The notes beneath the pieces were generated by a model. That model had not been told where the DNA came from, made no database searches, and was given only the letters and a program-made list of their open reading frames with translations. This document shows, piece after piece, positions 31,294 to 40,627 of a DNA stretch of 64,000 bases. The translations under genes and the position numbers were made by a program. The stretch's first letter is position 1. Every line of letters starts with the position of its first letter. Source of the stretch: a candidate division WOR-3 bacterium (GTDB lineage Bacteria > Hydrothermota > Tepidihabitantia > SM23-42 > JAOAFX01); assembly GCA_037444665.1 (NCBI GenBank), contig JBBILZ010000004.1:1-64000 (forward strand), written 5' to 3'.

Positions 31294-31906
31294 CTAAAAT
31301 CTATAGCCACGCCCAGCGCCAAGGTTTAATGGATTATTGAAATAGGGAATCTGGTAACCAATATAAAGTACAAATCCCGAACCTTGTGCAGGACTTAGAT
31401 TGATAAAAAAAATCGTAAGGCGCATACAGAGTTAAATGAGTTCCGAAGCAGAGAATTTCATTTTTATCCCCTTTGAAGCCAACCATTAGTTCTGCCCTAA
31501 CAATCTCAGGTAATGCAGGGCCTATTGTTAAAGAGAACACATTACGACTTTTGTTTCTGGTTATCTCAAATTTAGGGGCAAGATAGAATGAAGGTTTAAA
31601 TTCCACTTTAGGTTCTATGCCATCATAATAACCATTCATTCCGTATACCAATACTACACCCGTAATCCCGACATTTTCAGTAAATCCATAATTGAAACCA
31701 AAACCACTACATGCACCGCGCGTATTTTCAAGGGAATATTCATCTGGGATGCCATAATCAAAACATCTAAATCCAGCAACAGCACCCACCCAACCTGATG
31801 AACCTTTTTTGACCATCGGCGAATCAAATGTTGGTGAAATGCAAGAGAGAAATACAAGCAATATAATCGCTAAATAAAAAAGTGCGTTAGGAAAAGTTCT
31901 GGCCAA
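31294..31906 (-). pseudogene. paralog B of 28909-29517, frameshifted in a T8 tract
   Basis: Long near-identical DNA blocks shared with paralog A. A8 at 31405-31412 versus A7 in paralog A; correcting it gives ..YDFFINLSPAQGSGFVLYIGYQIPYFNNPLNLGAGRGYRF-stop at 31294. Confidence 0.8.
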
Positions 31907-31923
31907 AAAATCCTCCTATTTTA

Positions 31924-32530
31924 CTACCATACGCCAAAATTAGAAAGCAGCGATAGGGTAAGTCCAATGTATAGAGATGTTTCACCAAAAGTCCAATATT
32001 TCCAATATTTGATTTTATAGTGTATTATGCCGGCTTCCAAGCCCAAACCGAATCTTTTAAAATTACCAGATATCCCTAAACTCGCGCGGAAATAATCACG
32101 CTTCTCAAAATTGAGATACTCAGCAGCCCCCTGTTCCCACACATTAAACCTAAAAGTGCATACACTGCGAAGTCTGCGTAGTAATGCTGTTCAAATTCTT
32201 TTATATGCAAATAGGGCACATAATAAATATACACAGGAACCGATGTGCCTCCCCATTTTCTTATTCTTTCTCGGAGTCCAATTTCGTTAGTGTATGTTCC
32301 AGTAAATGGACCAGCAATTTCAAAACCACTGACCCCGAAACCCAAACCAAATGGTGGTGCAAGGCCTATTGCAACAAAAACTACTCTACCAAGTAATTTG
32401 GGTGGAATCAGACCCCCCCATCAACTAAACCAAAATAAAACATCCCTCTGTTCTATATTCTTCTGCATAAAAAAGATTAGGACGAAAAAAAGAAACCAAA
32501 ATAATCAGGAAAAGAATTCTCGAAAATAGG
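31924..32530 (-). pseudogene. fragmented exported/outer-membrane protein gene
   Basis: Overlapping ORF fragments 31924-32142 and 32076-32345 plus an upstream signal-peptide-like frame, broken near a G7 tract; beta-strand-like composition. Confidence 0.45.
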
Positions 32531-32666
32531 TTAAAGGCTATGCCAAAACTCCATCTTAATTTCTTTTTCATTATTTTTATTTTAATCAAATACTGATAAA
32601 GTTCAAGACTTTATTTTAAATAAAAATAATTATATCAGGATTAACTATCTGCAACTGCTTTCTGCA

Positions 32667-33674
32667 TCAATATTTGGTCAGATAATGTTTAGCAAAATAT
32701 GGCATCGGTAAAAACAATATAATAATTAGAAGAAGAATAAGCCAAAGGCGTTTTGGGTTTTTTCGCACAATGTATAAGATGCCGCAATAGAGTGGGATAA
32801 TGGTTATGCCAGCGAGGATGAGAAGTCCCGGAGTCGCAAGGAATTCCTGCAGCAATTCTAATGGATTACCGCCAATCAAAGCTGCAAGTAGTATTAGAAC
32901 TACACCCAAAATAAGTCCTTTCAGATGCCCACCCTGGTATGGATACAGGTCATTACTCATACCTGTTTTCTGCCGAACTTCCTTCTTTTTTGTTTTCACT
33001 GTATAAAGTATGCTGGCGAGAACAAGGACGATGAAGAAATAAGTAGCAGGTATCCAAAATCCTCCCGCAATACCTAAGGCAAGTGGGAAAAATATTATAA
33101 ATATAATTAGCAGAAGGGGTAGAATTGTTGGCGAACTTTCTGAATGTTTGAAGACATACTTGAATATCCTTCGTGTCACCCAGATAATAAGCCAGGCGAA
33201 GATGACAATCCATGGCATGACAATCTCTAAGTATGAGATAAAGTAGTCCCAGTAGTCTGACTCTTCTCCTATCAGTTCAGGGAATAACCATTTGATTAGT
33301 TTATCTCCCCATTTTCTAATAAACAGAATCTTAAGTAGCAAAAGCAGCAATACCCATACCCACCAAACTCCCCAGTAACTCCAAACGATGTGCGCAGGAA
33401 CCGCCCACATTTCAAAAAGAAACGGAACAGAGCTCATCACATAAAAAACGCAATAGAACAAAATTGCAAAAAAAGGATAAAAGAATGAATTGCCCCATGA
33501 TTCTTTATCAAACCAGCGGATCAAAAACGGTCCTAAAACAGTGACACTAACATGTGAAAGTAATGCCATTCCGACTGCCCCTCTAATATACAATACAACA
33601 CCGATGGGGATTACAAGAAGATTAAGGAGCGATGCTATAAAGAACCCTATTTCAGGATTATCCTTCTTTTTCAT
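32667..33674 (-). CDS. hypothetical multi-pass membrane protein
   Basis: 335 aa with about 10 hydrophobic segments; RBS ggag. Confidence 0.65.
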   Translation of the reverse strand: MKKKDNPEIGFFIASLLNLLVIPIGVVLYIRGAVGMALLSHVSVTVLGPFLIRWFDKESWGNSFFYPFFAILFYCVFYVMSSVPFLFEMWAVPAHIVWSYWGVWWVWVLLLLLLKILFIRKWGDKLIKWLFPELIGEESDYWDYFISYLEIVMPWIVIFAWLIIWVTRRIFKYVFKHSESSPTILPLLLIIFIIFFPLALGIAGGFWIPATYFFIVLVLASILYTVKTKKKEVRQKTGMSNDLYPYQGGHLKGLILGVVLILLAALIGGNPLELLQEFLATPGLLILAGITIIPLYCGILYIVRKNPKRLWLILLLIIILFLPMPYFAKHYLTKY

Positions 33675-34009
33675 TTAAATAACTCCATTACGCTACAAAA
33701 AACAAATATATTGTTACATTTTCGAATCTTGAATCTCATTGAACACGGTTTCCTTTGGCCATTATTTTTATCTTACCTAAATTCTAACAGATTTCAAGTA
33801 TCTGTTTTAAATCAAAATTTTTTACTAAAATTAAACTATCTTCAATTACCTTCTGCTGGTTCAGAAAATCATAGATAACATAATCATCGATTTTAGACCT
33901 CAAAACCTCATAGTTCAGACCCCCCAAAAAATAAATCTTTACGACCCCAAAATCCAATTAGAATATAAGAAAAAACCCACAAATTCCAAAATTTCAATAA
34001 TATTATTTT

Positions 34010-34039
34010 TTTTCTCGTTTTCTCGTGAAAACGAGAAAA
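34010..34039. repeat. 30-bp palindrome, copy 2
   Basis: ttttctcgttttctcgtgaaaacgagaaaa. Confidence 0.75.
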
Positions 34040-34081
34040 GGTTGAAATTCCATAAGAAATCAATCTCGCTAACTCCAGATT

Positions 34082-34921
34082 TTATTCTGACCTTTGCCAG
34101 GACATCATCTTCAGTCTTTTAGTTTCTACAAATCCGGCATTTTTATATAACTCATGTGCCGGATGATTTGATTCAAAGACACCCAAACTTATACTTGAAA
34201 ATCCTTTCTCCTTTAAATTTATTATTACCTTGTGCAAAAGCGCCTTTCCATATCCCCTCCCCTGCATTTCTGGATGAACCATAATATCAAGTATCTCGGG
34301 CTTGTCATCTTCAATACAAATAACAACTCCTACATATTTAGATTCCACTTTTCCAACAAAACCAGAACTTTTTTCCTTAAAAATTTGTTTTATTGACTCA
34401 GAGCAATATATATCTAAAAACTCTCTCTGAACCAATTTTTGATAAAAATCATTTTTATAACAAAATTTTTTTAATTCACAAATAAACCTTGAATGCTCCT
34501 CATTTATGTTTTCAAACTCCAATATGGGAACAGTCATTTTTTTATAATGTGCAATATCTAATACCATCATAATATCTGCATCATATTTAAAGCCAAATTT
34601 TTCTAATATCGGAAAATAGTCTTTCAAATTCTGAAAAACTGCAATACCTGAAATTTGGGGCTTCTGGATAAAGAATTTAATAAACGATAAAAAAGGTTCT
34701 TCTTCTGATGAGAAATTAAAATAACGGAATATCTCAAGTTTACGATATTTCAATTCAACAATTAGGAGCCCAAAATTTTGTGCACCCTTCTTGGCGAGAT
34801 AGAAATGGCAGTAAGGATTTTCACAAAAAGACTTGAGATAATATTCTTCATTCGGCGCAGGATTTATGAGTGGCAAAATTGATTCCAAAAACTTTTCTCT
34901 TTCAATCTCATAAATATCCAT
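34082..34921 (-). CDS. GNAT-family acetyltransferase (two-domain)
   Basis: IMVHPEMQGRGYGKALL, NHPAHELYKNAGF. Confidence 0.85.
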   Translation of the reverse strand: MDIYEIEREKFLESILPLINPAPNEEYYLKSFCENPYCHFYLAKKGAQNFGLLIVELKYRKLEIFRYFNFSSEEEPFLSFIKFFIQKPQISGIAVFQNLKDYFPILEKFGFKYDADIMMVLDIAHYKKMTVPILEFENINEEHSRFICELKKFCYKNDFYQKLVQREFLDIYCSESIKQIFKEKSSGFVGKVESKYVGVVICIEDDKPEILDIMVHPEMQGRGYGKALLHKVIINLKEKGFSSISLGVFESNHPAHELYKNAGFVETKRLKMMSWQRSE

Positions 34922-34978
34922 TTTTTTAAATCCATTTATAAAGGCTATGATACAATCTCAATGTTATTAATTGACTCA

Positions 34979-35209
34979 TCATATCCCCTCAATCATTACC
35001 ACCTTGTCCCTTGATTTTTCGCCTTTTATGATTCTTATTGCGCTCTTTTTCACATTGAAATACTCAGCAAGGACCTCGATCAAAATTTTATTTGCCTTGC
35101 CTTCAACAGGTGGGGTAGTGATTTTTATTTTCAAGTAATCTGGCATTTGTATAACTTCATTCTTCTTTGCATTAGGCACAACCTTTATATTTACTATCTT
35201 CACCATCAT
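34979..35209 (-). CDS. DUF167 (YggU/UPF0235) protein
   Basis: VVPNAKK, PPVEGKAN, GEKSRDK. Confidence 0.9.
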   Translation of the reverse strand: MMVKIVNIKVVPNAKKNEVIQMPDYLKIKITTPPVEGKANKILIEVLAEYFNVKKSAIRIIKGEKSRDKVVMIEGI

Positions 35210-35311
35210 TCCTCATCTCTTTAACTATAATGTAGTTCTAAGCATAAATCCTTATCAATTTTGTTAATTATATATGCTTAGTAAAAAAAGTCAATGCCCA
35301 GAAAAAAATAC

Positions 35312-35328
35312 GCGACTAAAGTCGCTAC
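35312..35328 (-). repeat. GTAG-type REP-like palindrome
   Basis: Minus strand GTAGCGACTTTAGTCGC; same GAC-TTTA-GTC core as 30014. Confidence 0.65.
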
Positions 35329-35371
35329 TCTGGAATAAAAGTAAATTGTAATAGTTTAGCCACCCTGAAAT

Positions 35372-35427
35372 TGTAGTTACTTGATTTATCAAGCACCAAA
35401 AAGAGCCCAATGAATTGGGCAACTACA
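35372..35427. repeat. inverted REP doublet (REPIN-like)
   Basis: tgtagttacttgatttatcaagc ... gcccaatgaattgggcaactaca: two hairpins, each with a GTAG foot, facing each other. Confidence 0.7.
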
Positions 35428-35509
35428 TTGATTTAATTCCATTTTTTAGAATGCCTAACCTATTACAGTAAATTTCTGGTTTAAGTGGTCAACAATGAGT
35501 CAACTTTTT

Positions 35510-35983
35510 TCAATTCAAAAACATTATCCAGCCATTTAAGACAGAAGCAAAACTTACCCAGAGTATATAAGGAATAAGTAAGTATGCAGCCGGTGGGGAA
35601 ACCCTGAAAAATAAAATTATTGTGAACAATATCGCCAGCCAGAGAATGACAATATCAATAAAACCTAACACTGGCGAACGGAGCCCGAAAAAGAAAACAG
35701 ACCACAGGATATTCAGAACCAGCTGCACAACAAAAACTATAAAGGCAATCTTCACACCAGGATAAGAAAAGCCTTTATGCCAGACAAAATAGAGTGCAAT
35801 GCCCATAAGGATGAATAGTGTTGTCCAGACCGGTCCAAAGACCCAATTTGGTGGATTGATGACAGGTTTATTTATACTCAGATACCAGGTGGCAACCGAT
35901 TGCCTTGTGGCAAAAGAACCAATAAAGCCTGCCCCAAGGCATATTACTAATGAAATAACAAATTTTATGATATCAAATTTCAT
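35510..35983 (-). CDS. tspO: TspO/MBR tryptophan-rich sensory protein
   Basis: WY..KP..NPPNWVFGPVWT, LNILWS.FFFG, PYILWVSFA. Confidence 0.92.
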   Translation of the reverse strand: MKFDIIKFVISLVICLGAGFIGSFATRQSVATWYLSINKPVINPPNWVFGPVWTTLFILMGIALYFVWHKGFSYPGVKIAFIVFVVQLVLNILWSVFFFGLRSPVLGFIDIVILWLAILFTIILFFRVSPPAAYLLIPYILWVSFASVLNGWIMFLN

Positions 35984-35992
35984 AATAACCTC

Positions 35993-36739
35993 CTATTTTA
36001 CTTCTACTGATGCATTTGGATCAAAGGGATTGGTTCTGAGTGCCAGAGAATACAGATAAGGATAATCCTTTTTTAGATGTTCAACATATCTGAGCCATTC
36101 TTCAATCAGAATTTGATATATGCGAATAATATCTTTTGATAGATGCTGGTAATCGGCATCGGATAAGTCAGTCAATTTTTTCCGGTATATTAATTCTTCT
36201 GTCAGATGGAATACTGCCCAGAGAAGATTGGTGAATGTTTCGTGTTCAAGTAGATTGGGATTTTCTAATAGGGTGAGAAGAAAGTCCTTTTTTGATTGGA
36301 GAAAATTCCGGAGTCTCTCAAGATCTACATTTTTTGCATCAATCTTAAAATTATGATTCTGTAAATTGTTTTTGAACTGTATGAAATCCCTATCTGTCCA
36401 ATCCCGGTCAATGACAATATCCTTTACAATTTCCTGAGAATTTTCATCAAATCCTGCATACATTCTCACCAGTTCATTTCCGACTTCACTGAAGAACACT
36501 CCTACAACCATATTCAACTTCTGAAGCAGCGTTTGCTTTTCGCGATAATGGAGTAAACGGTGTATCACAAGTGTAACAAGCAAAACCTCAATAAAGACAA
36601 AGGCAATATCGCCAATCAGATAGATAAATATATGATGAGGGTCACGGAAGATTAGATAGTGCACAAAATAGGCAATAATACTCAGTAAAATCAGGATTAT
36701 TCCGAAGACCACCTGCCAATCAAAAAATTTCTTTGCCAC
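35993..36739 (-). CDS. conserved hypothetical membrane protein
   Basis: Two N-terminal TMs; LNMVVGVFFSEVG, LLENPNLLEHETFTNLLWAVFHLTEEL, RTNPFD. Confidence 0.7.
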   Translation of the reverse strand: MAKKFFDWQVVFGIILILLSIIAYFVHYLIFRDPHHIFIYLIGDIAFVFIEVLLVTLVIHRLLHYREKQTLLQKLNMVVGVFFSEVGNELVRMYAGFDENSQEIVKDIVIDRDWTDRDFIQFKNNLQNHNFKIDAKNVDLERLRNFLQSKKDFLLTLLENPNLLEHETFTNLLWAVFHLTEELIYRKKLTDLSDADYQHLSKDIIRIYQILIEEWLRYVEHLKKDYPYLYSLALRTNPFDPNASVEVK

Positions 36740-36751
36740 GGCTGAGCCTCC

Positions 36752-37021
36752 TTAAATTCCTAAAAATGCAAGGATGCCGATGATAATAAATATGGCACCT
36801 GCAATATAAGAAATCATCCGACGATTAAGTTTTTCCATAATAAATTTACCAAGATACACCGCAAGCAAAGACAATATTGCCAGAGCAAAGATTACGCCTA
36901 AGAAGACGAGCACACCATTATATTTTGTCGCAAACAATCCTGCAGCAATCTGTGTCTTATCACCCAGTTCAGCAAGGACTATGGTGATGAAAGGAACAAT
37001 AAAATCTGCAAACATAGCCAT
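36752..37021 (-). CDS. TMEM165/GDT1 (UPF0016) single-repeat protein
   Basis: One AELGDKTQ motif, 3 TMs, 89 aa. Confidence 0.8.
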   Translation of the reverse strand: MAMFADFIVPFITIVLAELGDKTQIAAGLFATKYNGVLVFLGVIFALAILSLLAVYLGKFIMEKLNRRMISYIAGAIFIIIGILAFLGI

Positions 37022-37477
37022 CTAATTACTATTACCAAGAGGCCGAACTTTTTCCCATTTTTCAATACCGCCCGAGATCTTTTTGAAGATTTTATTAACT
37101 CTTATCCTTGTGTGGTTATTAAATTCCTGGCATCTTTTTCTATCCCTGTTCTGTAATTTACACCTTAATAATTTTAACTCGTATTCTATCTGCCCTTTTG
37201 TAACTGGAATTTTTTCTTTTATCTTCGCATCGGTTTTTAAAATCTTCTTAACATCAAAATTATACCCGCGCTTCTTTGCTTCTTTAGCGACTTCCAGAAG
37301 ATAAAGCCCAAGCATTTCTATTGGGTCTTTTGTTTTTTTAAAACGGATAAGTTGAGGATGGTTCTTATAACCACGGGTCTTGCCCATAAGAACCTTCTGG
37401 GCAAGCAATCCTTCACGCCATAAGGCAAGCAACCCTTTTGTATCAAGGTAAACAGGATGTAAAGTCCACAATCTCAC
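37022..37477 (-). CDS. pyrimidine-dimer DNA glycosylase / endonuclease V family
   Basis: MRLWTLHP.YLD.KGLLALWREGLLAQKVL.G.T.GY.NHPQL.RF. Confidence 0.85.
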   Translation of the reverse strand: MRLWTLHPVYLDTKGLLALWREGLLAQKVLMGKTRGYKNHPQLIRFKKTKDPIEMLGLYLLEVAKEAKKRGYNFDVKKILKTDAKIKEKIPVTKGQIEYELKLLRCKLQNRDRKRCQEFNNHTRIRVNKIFKKISGGIEKWEKVRPLGNSN

Positions 37478-37980
37478 AGTGATTCAGGGTCAACAAATAA
37501 ATCCACCCAGGGAAGTTTATAGGTAAAAACAATATATAGCAATGCTGAAACAATCAATAGTGCGATAATCGCGACTTTAAAATTCTTTGTAAAGTCATTC
37601 TTTTCAAGATTCTTCTCTATTAAACCGGCGATGATTCCAGCAATGTATGTTACGACGATCGCCCAGAATACCTCTAAAATTGCTAATGTAAGTTTACCAT
37701 AAAGTGCTGGAACTAAATACCAGACAAGAAAAATTATCCAGGGAATAACAATCGCTGAAAATAGCCTGGGAAACCAGAAATTTTTTGTATTTTTCTTGAT
37801 AAGAATATATTCCACAACGCTGGTGATGAGATATGCCCAGAATGCCATTTTCAGATGCTGGAATATTGATTCATTTATTCCGCAAAAAGGTATTAGAAAA
37901 CGCCATTGTGTCCAGTCATAGCCAAAATGTAGTAAAGAAAAGAACACAAGATAAAGTATTGATTTAATAAAGATATTCAT
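37474..37980 (-). CDS. DUF6512-like membrane protein
   Basis: LLHFGYDW..NESIFQHLKMAFW; 5 TMs. Confidence 0.65.
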   Translation of the reverse strand: MNIFIKSILYLVFFSLLHFGYDWTQWRFLIPFCGINESIFQHLKMAFWAYLITSVVEYILIKKNTKNFWFPRLFSAIVIPWIIFLVWYLVPALYGKLTLAILEVFWAIVVTYIAGIIAGLIEKNLEKNDFTKNFKVAIIALLIVSALLYIVFTYKLPWVDLFVDPESL

Positions 37981-38068
37981 AGACAGCAAATTTTATCCGT
38001 ATTTTTTTATATGTCAACTGTGTAATATTACTCAAAAATTCCTTATAGAAAGCTAATGCATTTAATTA

Positions 38069-39418
38069 TTATTTTTTACTTTGTTTTCTTACTTTTCTTA
38101 TCTTTCGCAGAACAGTGCCGGTGATACTTTTTTCGCGTGGAGAAACAACTGGTTCAATTTCTTCAACCTCTTTGCCTGTATCAACCTTAATTGACGGACT
38201 TTTAGTTACAGCAAGAACTTGGGATGGATAGACACTTCTATGTCCGGTCATTAAATAACTTATCACGCAGGAGACCGCGGCATAAGGGGCAATCTTGGCA
38301 CCAAACATTTCTACTGCCATAATACTTGCCGCAATAGGTGTATTGGCTGCACCAGCCAGCAGACTCACAAACCCCAGGGCAGAGAATGTAGCAATATCAA
38401 GATGGAAAATATTAGCAAAAAGCATGCCTGAGGTTGCACCGATGAAGAATATTGGTGTAACCACTCCACCACTGCCGCCAAAATTTAGTGTAATTGATGT
38501 AAATATCATCTTTAATAAAAATGCGAAAATAAAAACTTCCTTTCCGGCAAGGCAGTTTTCTATTGTCTCAAGTCCAAGACCAAAATACTCTCTTGAGACA
38601 AAAAAACCAAAAATGATGAGTGGGACACCACCAATAATGCCTTTCAATGGTTTATAGATATTTATTCTTTCTGAAAGGTACTTACCATATCTCATTATCT
38701 CAATGAACAACATTGAACAGAGTCCGAAAAAGACACCACCAAGCACAATCTTCAAGAAAAAAGATTCACTAAAAACAGGGACAAATCCAAATGGATGATA
38801 AAAATACCTTACACCAAGAGAATAAGAAATATGATAACTTGTCATACCAGCGATGAATGAAGGCAACAGTGCCTCATATAGCAAATCCCCGATAAAGAGA
38901 ACCTCAACTCCAAAGATTGCACCGGCGATTGGTGTTCCGAAGACCGAGGCAAAACCAGCACTGATGCCACATATTACAAACCTTTTTCTATCAATATCAT
39001 CAAATCTAAAAATATCAGCAAAGAACGAACTGAGCCCGGCACCAATCTGGGCACAGGGACCTTCCTTACCTGCAGAACCACCAAAGGCAATAGTAATGAC
39101 CGAGGCAATGAGTTTAATCGGAACCACCAGGATATTTATCTTTCCTGCTCGCTTATGGACTGCTTCAATGACCTTCTCTGTGCCGTGTCCCTCTGCCTCG
39201 GGTGCCAGATATTGAATCAATAATGCGCTTACTACAAATACTACAGGGATGAAAAAATAATAATATGGAAAACTACCAGCCCAAACCGTAGTCCAGTTCA
39301 ATGACTTCAAGAAAACAGTCGTGGATAAACCAACGATTACGCCAATGAATGTAGCGAGCACCACCCATTTGAGGACGGCGATAAATAATAGAATTTCTTC
39401 AGCAAATTTACTCTTCAT
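38069..39418 (-). CDS. CLC-family chloride channel/transporter
   Basis: GHGTE, GGSAGKEGP, GFASVFGTPIAG, GGSGGVVTP, AANTPIA. Confidence 0.9.
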   Translation of the reverse strand: MKSKFAEEILLFIAVLKWVVLATFIGVIVGLSTTVFLKSLNWTTVWAGSFPYYYFFIPVVFVVSALLIQYLAPEAEGHGTEKVIEAVHKRAGKINILVVPIKLIASVITIAFGGSAGKEGPCAQIGAGLSSFFADIFRFDDIDRKRFVICGISAGFASVFGTPIAGAIFGVEVLFIGDLLYEALLPSFIAGMTSYHISYSLGVRYFYHPFGFVPVFSESFFLKIVLGGVFFGLCSMLFIEIMRYGKYLSERINIYKPLKGIIGGVPLIIFGFFVSREYFGLGLETIENCLAGKEVFIFAFLLKMIFTSITLNFGGSGGVVTPIFFIGATSGMLFANIFHLDIATFSALGFVSLLAGAANTPIAASIMAVEMFGAKIAPYAAVSCVISYLMTGHRSVYPSQVLAVTKSPSIKVDTGKEVEEIEPVVSPREKSITGTVLRKIRKVRKQSKK

Positions 39419-39480
39419 ATATTTTCATAATCTTTTTTGTCACAACCTCACGATTTACATTGTATTTTTGCAAGGTTTCT

Positions 39481-40518
39481 TTAAATTTCTTTTTCTTTAT
39501 TTTCAAGATAGACTGTTCTTATCGGATATGGTATTGTTATATTTTCTTTTTTGAAACGCTTGTGTAAGCGTTTTACGAACTCATGCTTAAGCAAATATTG
39601 ATTAGCGAATTCTTCACAGCGCAGAATCACCGTGAAATTTATGCTAAAATCACCAAAGGTATGATAACGAATAAAAGGTTCAAAGTCTTTTACCGCACCG
39701 GGGACATCTCTCATTACTTCTTTTGCAACATCAACTACAATCTGCTCAACCTTTTCCAGGTCGCTTTCATAACTGACACCCACCTGGATTAAAACCGCCA
39801 TCCCTTTTTCAGGTAAATAATAATTTTTAACGATGGTCTGGGCAAGTTTAGCATTGGGGATAATAATTAAATTATTGCTCAATTCTCTGATTGTAGTATT
39901 ACGCCAGGTAATGTCAACAACATATCCCTCTTCCCTATTGCTCAATTGAACATAATCGCCCGGTTTTAACTGCCTTGAAACAATAATCTGCAAGCCCGCA
40001 AAGAGATTACTCAGGGTATCCTGAAGTGCTAATGCTACAGCAAGCCCGCCAATACCAAGCCCAGCAAGGATTGGGGCGATAGAAATGCCCAGAGCATTGA
40101 GTATTATCAAAATCCCGATGATTAAGACAAAGACCCTTGTAATATTGGTCAGAATAGTAGTCTTAGGAATTGCCTCTTTTATCCCTCCCGAAACCAAATC
40201 AACAAAACCAACCGCAATATTTGCAAGCACCATCGTAATAGAAAAGATTGTCAGGACAAGGAAGATTTTATTGACAATACTTAATGTTGGGACATCCACA
40301 ACCAAGTGGGGAACTGCCAGGGATATTCCCGCAAGAATAAACCAGAAAATTATCCAACCCCGCAGGGAACGGATGATTATATCATCACCCTGCCATTTTG
40401 TCTTTTTCGCTATTCTGTGGAGCCAATTAAAAAGAATAAACTGGCACAGAAAACCCAAAATGATTGAACCAAGCACATAGGATATTGGCAGAATATATTT
40501 AATTATTATCACTATCAT
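39481..40518 (-). CDS. MscS-family mechanosensitive channel
   Basis: GIGGLAVALALQDTLSNLFAG, IIIPNA, GVSYESD, IPYP. Confidence 0.92.
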   Translation of the reverse strand: MIVIIIKYILPISYVLGSIILGFLCQFILFNWLHRIAKKTKWQGDDIIIRSLRGWIIFWFILAGISLAVPHLVVDVPTLSIVNKIFLVLTIFSITMVLANIAVGFVDLVSGGIKEAIPKTTILTNITRVFVLIIGILIILNALGISIAPILAGLGIGGLAVALALQDTLSNLFAGLQIIVSRQLKPGDYVQLSNREEGYVVDITWRNTTIRELSNNLIIIPNAKLAQTIVKNYYLPEKGMAVLIQVGVSYESDLEKVEQIVVDVAKEVMRDVPGAVKDFEPFIRYHTFGDFSINFTVILRCEEFANQYLLKHEFVKRLHKRFKKENITIPYPIRTVYLENKEKEI

Positions 40519-40627
40519 ACTTATTTATCATACTCAACAATTTCAATATTTCAAGACCTAATTTATTTAGTGGCTCAAATGTTGATTTCAATTGGATTTT
40601 AAATATAATTCCATTAAAGGAGGATTT

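Noticed and set aside
28909..31906. DGR template/variable repeat pair (prompted by the Avd-like four-helix-bundle gene)
   Set aside because: Differences between the paralogs include indels and all base types rather than adenine-specific changes, and there is no reverse transcriptase in the window
32531..32555. Fourth copy of IR family A (ggctatgcca)
   Set aside because: Only about 10 bp match and no partner arm; compatible with chance
24420..38000. Integron cassette array
   Set aside because: Many small co-oriented genes, but no integrase and no recurring RYYYAAC...GTTRRRY attC structure; the tctaac motifs near 29941 and 33783 lie inside promoter spacers
39419..39480. Fluoride riboswitch upstream of the CLC gene
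   Set aside because: Short AT-rich spacer without the GGCGAUGG..CGCC core
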